IMG/VR virus record: IMGVR_UViG_3300012943_000030
Coordinates: 43,698-107,697 of that record
DNA: 64,000 bases
Reading direction: 5' to 3' (one strand)
DNA from: a virus
Lineage: Duplodnaviria; Heunggongvirae; Uroviricota; Caudoviricetes
Of the stretch, positions 6,669-14,234 are shown in pieces. A program made the translations under genes and the position numbers. The notes beneath the pieces were generated by a model. The model made no database searches. It saw only the letters and a program-made list of their open reading frames with translations, and was not told where the DNA came from. How positions within the stretch are numbered: position 1 is the stretch's first letter; the number at the start of each line of letters is the position of its first letter.

Positions 6669-6743
6669 GCGCCCGTAGCTCAGTGGACAGAGCATCGTCA
6701 TCCGAAGGCGAAGGTCGTGGGTTCGATCCCCACCTGGCGCTCC
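6669..6743 (+). tRNA. tRNA-Arg(CCG)
   Basis: TAGCTCAGTGGACAGAGC D-arm, anticodon stem TCGTC/GGCGA with loop ATCCGAA, T-arm GTGGG-TTCGATC-CCCAC, CCA. Confidence 0.55.
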
Positions 6744-6745
6744 AG

Positions 6746-6753
6746 ATAAATAT
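6746..6753 (+). promoter_or_regulatory. late-promoter-like GATAAATA
   Basis: GATAAATATG immediately after tRNA-Arg(CCG), upstream of def. Confidence 0.35.
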
Positions 6754-6843
6754 GTGTACGAGATTTTGCCCTTGTAGTATATTGGTATTACGCGGCTTTG
6801 GTAAGGCTGAAAAAACAGTTCAATTCTGTTCTAGGGCACCACT

Positions 6844-7347
6844 TTGTTGAAGGTACTACACTATCCTGATAAGGCACTGAAGCTTCGAAGCCAGGAGATC
6901 GTTGATGGTCTCACTGATGCTTCGAAGGCGATCATCGCTGAGATGATCCTCCTCATGCGCACCGAGAACGGTGTTGGGCTGTCAGCAATTCAGGTGGGCT
7001 ACCCCTTCCGCATCTTCATCATGGACACGTCGTCCATGAATGGAAAGGTCGTTGGCAAGATCTTCGTCAATCCCGAGATTGTTGAGGCGGCCACCGAGAT
7101 CCTTCCATACAACGAAGGCTGCTTGAGCTTCCCTGGCCTGTTCGCCGTGGTGAAGCGCCCAGCCTGGGTGAAGGTGAAGGCACGCGATGACAACTTTGAA
7201 GAATTCGAACTCACGCTGGACGGCATCGACGCGGTCTGCTTTCAGCATGAACTTGATCACCTGAACGGAATTACGTTCTACGATCACTTGAGCCAGGTCA
7301 AGAAGGAATGGCTCAAGAAGAAGATGAAGAAACTCGGGCTCGCTTAG
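6844..7347 (+). CDS. def: peptide deformylase
   Basis: GVGLSAIQV, EGCLSFPG and QHELDHLNG motifs match the three conserved PDF motifs. 167 aa. Confidence 0.85.
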   Translation: MLKVLHYPDKALKLRSQEIVDGLTDASKAIIAEMILLMRTENGVGLSAIQVGYPFRIFIMDTSSMNGKVVGKIFVNPEIVEAATEILPYNEGCLSFPGLFAVVKRPAWVKVKARDDNFEEFELTLDGIDAVCFQHELDHLNGITFYDHLSQVKKEWLKKKMKKLGLA

Positions 7348-7412
7348 CTCAGTGGTAGAGCACTTCTTTGACATAGAAGAGGTCGTAGGTTCGATCCCTA
7401 CAGCGAGCACCA
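7338..7412 (+). tRNA. tRNA-Val(GAC); its 5' end overlaps the last 10 nt of def, including the stop codon
   Basis: Perfect acceptor GCTCGCT/AGCGAGC, TAGCTCAGTGGTAGAGC D-arm, anticodon stem CTTCT/AGAAG with loop TTGACAT, T-arm GTAGG-TTCGATC-CCTAC, CCA. Confidence 0.65.
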
Positions 7413-7438
7413 CCCCACCAAGATCTTGCCACCAACGC

Positions 7439-7446
7439 CATAAATA
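7439..7446 (+). promoter_or_regulatory. late-promoter-like CATAAATA
   Basis: Upstream of the ORF at 7471. Confidence 0.3.
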
Positions 7447-7470
7447 GACAGTCATCCAAGGCTGTATCCT

Positions 7471-7674
7471 ATGAACACCGGCGAACTTCTTTCCAAGCAG
7501 AGCACCACCGCGGCCAAGATCGCCAATGATCTTGTCACGCACATGCTCAAGCACCTCGCCCCTGAGGATGTAGAGGCCGGCGTCGAGAAGGCAATCAGCC
7601 AGCTCGCCAACAACATCCGTGCTGCAGCGAAGAACGAGCTCAAGTTCCGCCGCATGAAGAGCGCAGCGGGGTAG
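7471..7674 (+). CDS. hypothetical protein
   Basis: 67-aa ORF after the late-promoter motif. Confidence 0.35.
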   Translation: MNTGELLSKQSTTAAKIANDLVTHMLKHLAPEDVEAGVEKAISQLANNIRAAAKNELKFRRMKSAAG

Positions 7675-7891
7675 ACCAGCTTCAGCTGATCGATGACCGC
7701 GTCGCCGAGCTAGGTGAGCGGCTCACTCAAGTTCAAGCTGAGGTACGCGAGCTCAAGCGGCTCAAGCTCTCACCATCACCAGGCCTGCTCGCGCAGGTGC
7801 AAGCAATTTACAACAAGCAAGAAGCATTGGCCCAATCGCGGGAAATGTGGATTGCCATTCTCAGAGAATGTCCACGACTAAAGGAGCGATC

Positions 7892-8566
7892 ATGAAGCGC
7901 ATCATTGAGATCCGTTCCGCCGAGGGCGGAGACGACGCCAAGCTCTTCGTAAGAGACCTGGCCAACGCATACGTAAGGTACCTTCTCAAGGCGGGCTGAA
8001 AGCACCGGGTCGCCTACCCACGCCTGGGAGAAGCCACCATTGAGGTAGAAGGCGATGCCCTCCAGCAACTTGATGGAGAGGCCGGTGGCCACCGCATTCA
8101 GCGCATCCCACCAACTGAGCGAAGAGGACGAGTACACTCGTCCACCATCACCGTTGCCGTCATCAACCCGCTCGTGCAGAGGCGCGTCGAGTTCAATGAC
8201 CGCGACTTCAGGGTGGAATGGTACTCAGGCTCAGGAGCGGGTGGACAGCACCGCAACAAGCACCAAAATTCTTGCCGCATCACCCACGTTCCAAGTGGGG
8301 TCATCATCACGGCCCAAACGCGAAGTCGACAGAGCTCTCTGCAGCAGGCGAAGGACGAGATCCTACGCAGGTTGAATGAGTTCCAGTCGCGTCAGGTTCT
8401 TGATATAATGGCCGCAGATAGGAAGCAGCAGGTGGGCACCGGTGAACGCGCCGACAAGATCCGCACCTACCGCTTCCAAGACAACATCGTCAAGGACCAC
8501 CGCACAGAGCGTCAGGCCCCAGCCGATGCAGTTCTTGCAGGCAACATCCAGCTCCTGTGGAGATAA
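7892..8566 (+). CDS. RF1/PrfH-like peptide chain release factor homologue (domains 2-4, PxT-type PPT, GGQ) with in-frame TGA at 7997-7999
   Basis: RBS AAGGAG then ATG 7892. IRSAEGGDDAKLF..YVRY matches RF domain 2. After the in-frame TGA the same frame continues open with GGHRIQRIPPTERRGRVHSSTITVAV (cf. RF1 [26 protein letters not shown]), SGSGAGGQHRNKHQNSCRITHVPSGV and DRxxKIRTYxF to the stop at 8566. The TGA aligns with the conserved Trp of RF1 (RYAEARRW). Confidence 0.6.
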
Positions 8567-8569
8567 ATA
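8562..8569 (+). promoter_or_regulatory. late-promoter-like GATAAATA
   Basis: Immediately after the RF-like gene stop, upstream of the CDS at 8604. Confidence 0.35.
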
Positions 8570-8603
8570 TGGTGTACGAGTTAACTTACACGCAGGTGCC
8601 ATC

Positions 8604-9089
8604 ATGAAGCTTCACCAACACGCCATCTCACTGACTGAGGCCAAGCAGCTTGACGGCACCGCCGAGGTTGTATCTGCTCTCAAGCAGTACCTCACGGGCA
8701 AGAAGATCGTTGCCTTCGGCAAGGGCGGCGGTGGACTATGGGGCACTGATCATGAGCAGCATGTCTACAATATCTCGAAGGTAAGAAGCACCTATCACGA
8801 CGATGACTTTGTCAGCGTCGACATCTACCTTGATGATTACAGCTCGAGCGGCATCAAGCTTGGCAACTCACTCGAGCATGCAAAGCTCAAGGCAAAAGGG
8901 CAGACCCATCGTGGCGGTCTGATCTACACCGACAGGAACTTCAAGCGCCACCTGAAGGAGCTGATTTCCAAGTCGCCAGCCCTTTCAGCTGCCATCAGGA
9001 GCATTGACTACTCCGAGCAGGGAATGCAGGGCCGCAACTACGTGAACCTCGACGTTACCATTCGCAAGCCGAAAAAGCCAAAGGTCTAA
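8604..9089 (+). CDS. hypothetical protein
   Basis: ATG at 8604 downstream of the late-promoter motif. 161 aa. Confidence 0.5.
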   Translation: MKLHQHAISLTEAKQLDGTAEVVSALKQYLTGKKIVAFGKGGGGLWGTDHEQHVYNISKVRSTYHDDDFVSVDIYLDDYSSSGIKLGNSLEHAKLKAKGQTHRGGLIYTDRNFKRHLKELISKSPALSAAIRSIDYSEQGMQGRNYVNLDVTIRKPKKPKV

Positions 9090-9091
9090 CA

Positions 9092-9400
9092 ATGGAAGAC
9101 ACGCTGTCGCACCTCAACACGGTTGAGGCCATCGCTGATGACGTCATCAGCAAGCTTAGTGATGAGGACAAAACCTGGATAAGGGCACGTCCAATTGAGG
9201 GCGTAGTGGCTCTTCATCATTCAGCTGGCCAGTGGATCAGAAACACGTACGGGCTATGGCACGACAACGCGCTCACCGAGCAGTGGCGCACCAAGCCAGA
9301 AATGCATGACATCCGTGCCGGTGTCGACTACTCTGCCGACCATCCAGATGCTGTGTCAACCATTATCCTCGAGACCATCTGGAAGAAGCTCAACGCATGA
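9092..9400 (+). CDS. hypothetical protein
   Basis: 102-aa ORF, tightly packed. Confidence 0.45.
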   Translation: MEDTLSHLNTVEAIADDVISKLSDEDKTWIRARPIEGVVALHHSAGQWIRNTYGLWHDNALTEQWRTKPEMHDIRAGVDYSADHPDAVSTIILETIWKKLNA

Positions 9401-9720
9401 ACATCAACATCACCTCATCAGCCGCCAAGAAGGTCGCCGCTCTGCTGGCGCAGAACCCTGGCAACGAGGCGCTGCGCGTCTATGTTGAGGGTGGTGGCTG
9501 CTCAGGCATGAAGTACGGCTTCGCCTTCGAGAACCTCGTTGAGGACGGTGACTTCACGGTTGAGAAGGACGGCGTCAAGTTCATCGTGGACGCCATCTCT
9601 GCCAACTACCTTGAGGGTGCTGAGATCGACTACGTCGAGGACCTCATGAGCTCAACATTCCACATCTCCAACCCGAACGCTACCGGCTCCTGCGGCTGCG
9701 GCTCATCGTTTGCCGTATGA
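9397..9720 (+). CDS. HesB/IscA-family iron-sulfur cluster insertion protein
   Basis: VYVEGGGCSGMKYGFAFE and C-terminal SNPNATGSCGCGSSF match the IscA/ErpA signature (three conserved Cys). Confidence 0.75.
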   Translation: MNINITSSAAKKVAALLAQNPGNEALRVYVEGGGCSGMKYGFAFENLVEDGDFTVEKDGVKFIVDAISANYLEGAEIDYVEDLMSSTFHISNPNATGSCGCGSSFAV

Positions 9721-10157
9721 AGCTCTTCGAAGTGGCCCACATAACTGAGCGCGCTGGCTTTTTACCGTACGTCATCGAGAACGATGAGCCGGTGTTCTAC
9801 TTCATGAAACCGTCAAAGCCGAACTACGGCGGTCCTCTCTTCCAGGTTGCCAAGGGCAGAATGGACAAGGGTGAGACGGCGATTGAGACCGCTCTACGTG
9901 AGGCAAAGGAAGAGCTCGGGCTAAAGCGCTCCAACATCAAGCCTGACACAGTGAAGCTCGTGTGGCGCGGCAAGGTCCGTGGTTCCGAGGAAACGTACAC
10001 GCTGTCGGTCTACATGGGTGAGGTCAAGAAGAAAGACAACTTCAAGGAACCGCACCACGAGACCGGCGAGACCGCTTGGCTGACCGCCAAGGAGTTCTCC
10101 AAGCAGGGGCGCCAGCCTCAGCAGCACATCATTCGCAAGGCCGTCGAGCTGATCTAG
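9717..10157 (+). CDS. Nudix hydrolase
   Basis: Nudix box GRMDKGETAIETALREAKEELGL (Gx5Ex7REUxEExGU). Confidence 0.7.
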   Translation: MKLFEVAHITERAGFLPYVIENDEPVFYFMKPSKPNYGGPLFQVAKGRMDKGETAIETALREAKEELGLKRSNIKPDTVKLVWRGKVRGSEETYTLSVYMGEVKKKDNFKEPHHETGETAWLTAKEFSKQGRQPQQHIIRKAVELI

Positions 10158-10200
10158 TTTCTCGGCAGGCCTAATCAAGTTATAATCAGAGGTATCCGAT

Positions 10201-10344
10201 ATGGGAGAGGCAAAGCGCAGAGGAACTTTCGAGCAGCGTCGAGATGCGGCAATTGAGCGCAATCGAAAGGTGCAGGAAGAGGCTGACAGGCTGTTCGATA
10301 TCTGGAAGCAGAAGCAGGCAGCGAAAGAACCATCAAAGCAGTGA
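10201..10344 (+). CDS. small hypothetical protein
   Basis: 47-aa ORF, charged. Not in the ORF track because it is shorter than 60 aa. Confidence 0.2.
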   Translation: MGEAKRRGTFEQRRDAAIERNRKVQEEADRLFDIWKQKQAAKEPSKQ

Positions 10345-10348
10345 GATC

Positions 10349-10501
10349 ATGAGCTACGAGAAAAAGAAAAAGCTGAAGAGAGTAATCTCGCAGCGCGTGG
10401 TGTCGATGAACCGTACCACAACCCACAATGCAGCGCAGCCCGACAAGCAAGGCGCAGTGCTCCGCATCAACAGATTTTCAAGCATCAAGAAGGCAGCATG
10501 A
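10349..10501 (+). CDS. small basic hypothetical protein
   Basis: 50-aa ORF ending at ATGA with the next gene. Confidence 0.25.
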   Translation: MSYEKKKKLKRVISQRVVSMNRTTTHNAAQPDKQGAVLRINRFSSIKKAA

Positions 10502-11025
10502 TGCGCAAGGTCTTCAGCCCTGCGACGAGCGTCGTGTACCTCGACATGGACGGGGTGCTCGCCGATTTTGACAAGTTCGTTCATGACAACATGGGCCGTG
10601 TATTCGTTCACGCTGATGGCCCAGGTGCCGACCTCGACATGTGGAACTTCCTCAAGTCGGTTCCACACATGTACCTCAATCTTGAGCCAACGCCATACTG
10701 TCATGAGCTGGTTGAAGCCGCTAAGGCGCTTGGTGCAAAAGTGGAGATCCTTACAGCGGTTCCACGGCGCGTCGTCATTGAAGAAGCGAACCAAGACAAG
10801 ATTGACTGGGCGCGCAAGCACCTCGGTCCAGACATCAAGGTGAACTTCGGCCCATACTCAGGCGACAAGTGGAAACACGCGAAGCCTGGTGACGTGCTGC
10901 TAGACGACCGCCACAGCAACATTCAAGAGTGGATCAATCACGGAATGGGCTTCGGCATCCTCCATGAGTACAAGGATCACACCAGATCACTGTCGGCGTT
11001 GAAGTCACTTGCTGGCCGGTTCTGA
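10498..11025 (+). CDS. HAD-family 5'(3')-deoxyribonucleotidase-like protein
   Basis: VYLDMDGVLADF (DxDxV motif I), NT5C-like length of 175 aa. Confidence 0.6.
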   Translation: MMRKVFSPATSVVYLDMDGVLADFDKFVHDNMGRVFVHADGPGADLDMWNFLKSVPHMYLNLEPTPYCHELVEAAKALGAKVEILTAVPRRVVIEEANQDKIDWARKHLGPDIKVNFGPYSGDKWKHAKPGDVLLDDRHSNIQEWINHGMGFGILHEYKDHTRSLSALKSLAGRF

Positions 11026-11031
11026 TAAATA
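11024..11031 (+). promoter_or_regulatory. late-promoter-like GATAAATA
   Basis: Upstream of the membrane-protein gene at 11110. Confidence 0.35.
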
Positions 11032-11109
11032 TCCGCATAGGTTTTGACATCATCTCATAAAGCATACGGGCCACGATCAGTGGTCATTTTCATTCTTTAG
11101 GAGATCATC

Positions 11110-11373
11110 ATGGACTTCATGACTTACATTCTGGGCCTGCTCGCAAAGAGCGTCATCAGCCCTTACACCTACGTCGGCATCGTTCTCGGTGCACTTTTCT
11201 CACCACTCTGGATTGCTGCCTACAACTTCGCAAAGTACAAGATCGTCGCAAAGATCCCATTTGCTGCGTTTTTCTTCTCGAAGGTAGAGAGCACTGTCGA
11301 CACCATTCAGGATGCCGCAGAGCCAGTTGCTGACAAGCTTGAGAAGAAGCTCGAGAAAAAGACGAAGAAGTAA
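11110..11373 (+). CDS. small membrane protein (holin-like topology)
   Basis: RBS AGGAG. Two hydrophobic helices plus a Lys-rich C terminus. Followed by a terminator. Confidence 0.45.
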   Translation: MDFMTYILGLLAKSVISPYTYVGIVLGALFSPLWIAAYNFAKYKIVAKIPFAAFFFSKVESTVDTIQDAAEPVADKLEKKLEKKTKK

Positions 11374-11397
11374 GGTCTTCCAACAACGCATCAAATC

Positions 11398-11427
11398 AAA
11401 GGGGCCCAATGGGCCCCTTTTCTTTAC
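11398..11427. terminator. bidirectional rho-independent terminator
   Basis: GGGGCCC-AAT-GGGCCCC flanked by T-runs on both strands, between convergent genes. Confidence 0.6.
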
Positions 11428-12260
11428 TCGAAGGCCACTGCGTCAGTGTACTTCGTTGGCAACTTTGGCATGACGTTGAGATCGCCTAGGATCAGCTTGA
11501 GGTTCTTGAGCGAGATGAAGTACGCCACAAGCGTGGATGAAGGCAGACCCTCATAGTTCGGTATGATTAACGCGTATGAGCGGCCTGAGCCTGGTGCGTA
11601 GACGAGCTTGAACAGGCGGGTTGGAATTGCTGTGCCATCTGGCAGCGCAACGACCTTCCCATCGTAGACAGCGCCGGTCACGATGTAGACCTTACCTTCC
11701 CTGACTGCAATCTTCCTCACACGATCTTCAAGCGACTTCCAAATTCCGTGGTTATTACCAGCCCGCTGCGGCACGATGTTCGTCATGTAGAACGATTGGT
11801 CGGCGGCGATTGGATCATCAGCGACATCTGCAAAGTTCGTGAGGTGACCGCGGTCGTAGCCAGTCCCAACGTACGCCTTCTCCGATGACTGCTTGTCTTT
11901 TGGATAGTCTGGGTCCGCCTTGAACCCAGCGTCACGTTCGGCTGGTTCAATGCTTAGATCATCAGCTGTCAGCACCTCAGCCGACCAGAGCGGGCCCTTG
12001 AAGGTGGAAGAGTAACCGACGACGAAGCTCTTGTGACAAATGATGACCTGATCTTTAGCCTTCGGAAAGGTTTCGGCGTAGACCATTCCTGCACAGTCAG
12101 CCTGGTCGGCCCCATGGGCCGGGGTGGCGACCAAGGCACCACTAAATAGTATGAGAGCCGATAGGATAATTCGGATCTTGCTCATGATGATCTCCAAGCT
12201 GAATATGAACGCTCGGGTATTTACGAGTGACCAAGCTGTCCCGGTGATTACCATCAACAA
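11424..12260 (-). CDS. secreted DNA/RNA non-specific endonuclease (Serratia NucA family)
   Basis: N-terminal signal peptide MSKIRIILSALILFSGALVA. GYDRGHLTNF active-site motif (DRGH). Confidence 0.7.
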   Translation of the reverse strand: MLMVITGTAWSLVNTRAFIFSLEIIMSKIRIILSALILFSGALVATPAHGADQADCAGMVYAETFPKAKDQVIICHKSFVVGYSSTFKGPLWSAEVLTADDLSIEPAERDAGFKADPDYPKDKQSSEKAYVGTGYDRGHLTNFADVADDPIAADQSFYMTNIVPQRAGNNHGIWKSLEDRVRKIAVREGKVYIVTGAVYDGKVVALPDGTAIPTRLFKLVYAPGSGRSYALIIPNYEGLPSSTLVAYFISLKNLKLILGDLNVMPKLPTKYTDAVAFE

Positions 12261-12497
12261 TGGACCTGTAGTTTATCTGCACAGGTCGGTATGATACAAT
12301 CGAACCAGATCAAGCCTGGTTCAAAGGGACTAAAATGAACATTGGACTAGACGTGATCACCGGCGTTTCGTGCGGATTTGAGTACGTGGCGCCAACAGAC
12401 GATGAAGACATGAACACGTTGCTGATCGACATCTTCATCATTCGGCTGCTGATTATGTGGCCCTAATAGAGGAGCGGTTCGTTTGAACCTTTGAACA

Positions 12498-13067
12498 ATG
12501 GCGCTAATTCTCCAACTAGACGCATCTGGCCAGCCGAACAAGTGGATCACGTGGAAGGCTGCCGTCACTTACCATGCCAAGAACCTGGTCGCCTGGGAAA
12601 TCGGTGAGGTAGAGACGGTCGTGAAGGGTGGTACGAGCTCCAAGACTGGATCTCAGACCGTCGTCGTGACGTCATCTATCATGGCAGTGAAGGGCAACGC
12701 GAAGCGCAAGTACCGCGTTCCAGCTCTTGATAATCCGGCGCTGTTTCGCCGTGACCACCACCTATGCGCCTACTGTGGAGACAAGTTCCACGAGGATGAT
12801 CTTACTCGTGATCACATCATCCCGCAGGCCCACAATGGTGAGGACACCTGGATGAACTGCGTGTCAGCGTGCATTCGCTGCAACCAGCGCAAGGATGACC
12901 GCACGCCGGAACAGGCGCGCATGCCGCTGCTGTTCGCACCGTACATCCCGAACAAGGCTGAGCACCTTATCCTGAAGAACCGCAACATCCTTGCGGATCA
13001 GATGGAGTTCCTGCTCTCGTTCGTCGACGAAAAGTCAAGCGTCCGCAGACACGCGGCAAAGAGGTAA
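12498..13067 (+). CDS. HNH endonuclease
   Basis: CAYCGDKF...DHIIPQAHNGEDTWMNCVSACIRCNQRK (HNH with zinc-binding Cys pairs). Confidence 0.7.
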   Translation: MALILQLDASGQPNKWITWKAAVTYHAKNLVAWEIGEVETVVKGGTSSKTGSQTVVVTSSIMAVKGNAKRKYRVPALDNPALFRRDHHLCAYCGDKFHEDDLTRDHIIPQAHNGEDTWMNCVSACIRCNQRKDDRTPEQARMPLLFAPYIPNKAEHLILKNRNILADQMEFLLSFVDEKSSVRRHAAKR

Positions 13068-13071
13068 TAGA

Positions 13072-13638
13072 ATGATAGGCTCACGCATGGAAAAGTTTCT
13101 CGAAGCTCAACGGCGTGGGTCTCTCATCATTGCTTTTCTATCGTCCTTCACTGGTGTTCTGTTGCTTGTCAAGACGTTTCACCACGGCTTCTGGTCGTTC
13201 ATCTTGGCAGCTCTCAGCGCCTACGTCCTCTCGCGCGTCGCGTCTTGGTTCCACTTTCTGTGGCTCCAGCACCGCATCTACAACAACGACCTTCATGCCT
13301 TCATGGAGGACGCGAAGGGGGCCTTCGATCACTTCACCGTGATCTTGAACAAGGCAGACACCGCCATTCTTCAGCAGAAGCTCTATGCTGGCGGCAAGCT
13401 GAACCTTGCAGCTATCTCCCCATTCATGGTGATCGGTGGCCCTGAGAAGCACATCGCCAACTACATGGACGCCAAGATCTACGATTGGCTCGACATGGTT
13501 GGTCAAGATGGCATCAAGCGCCGCTTCAACTACCACTCGGTAGCAACCAAGCCGGAACATCACCATGGAATTCTTCCTGAGGGTTGCATCATCATCCAGC
13601 CTGGCATCATTTATCAGGTTGACGAAACTAGTAAATAG
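13072..13638 (+). CDS. membrane hypothetical protein
   Basis: RBS AGAGG. Two N-terminal TM helices. 188 aa. Confidence 0.45.
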   Translation: MIGSRMEKFLEAQRRGSLIIAFLSSFTGVLLLVKTFHHGFWSFILAALSAYVLSRVASWFHFLWLQHRIYNNDLHAFMEDAKGAFDHFTVILNKADTAILQQKLYAGGKLNLAAISPFMVIGGPEKHIANYMDAKIYDWLDMVGQDGIKRRFNYHSVATKPEHHHGILPEGCIIIQPGIIYQVDETSK

Positions 13639-14234
13639 CCTCACGAGAGTTTACGCCACGCCACCTCTGTGGTACAATTCTCATCTGCAAAGAGTTCATC
13701 GGAACCGGAACAAGTTGATTATCCCAACGGTCCTAACAGGCCGTCAACATTTCTACTTGTACACCCTTTGTTCCATCCTCTGAACTCTTATCCATAAAGT
13801 TTGACTTAGAAAAGTTGTCTCTGTCCGTAGGTGTTGGTTATCCAATATTACACGGTAGGTTTCAGGAGTGGGCCAGCAGCTCATGAATGAATAGGCGCAT
13901 GTACCGAATTGCATGTGGGTTCTCTTGACCGGTCCAGGCGTATGCCGCAACCACCCAACAAGAGATAGTGCGAGGTAGAACACTCGATATTTGCGGGATT
14001 GAAAACCCGATATTTGCTGGCATGAATAGCCAGATTGGCTACCAATGGCTAAATTCATTTGGTGTAGGAACCAGGCGATTACGAAACCTTCGGGTTAGTA
14101 TCCTTGTGCGGACAGTGAAGCTGTTTGCAGCTGAAGTATCCGAAGTCCCGACATCACCCTTTGTCGGAGACAACCTTTCTAAGTCAAGCTTACTTTGCTG
14201 CCACAAGGCAGCCGTCATCAAGGAGTATCACATC

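Noticed and set aside
6982-7554. 190-aa - strand ORF overlapping def and tRNA-Val
   Set aside because: It is antisense to a well-supported def gene and a tRNA.
7680-7895. Frame-0 ORF (no ATG) encoding an RF domain-1-like coiled coil upstream of the RF-like gene
   Set aside because: It has no start codon and is in a different frame (-1 relative) from the RF-like ORF. The similarity to RF domain 1 is only compositional. It could be a decayed remnant.
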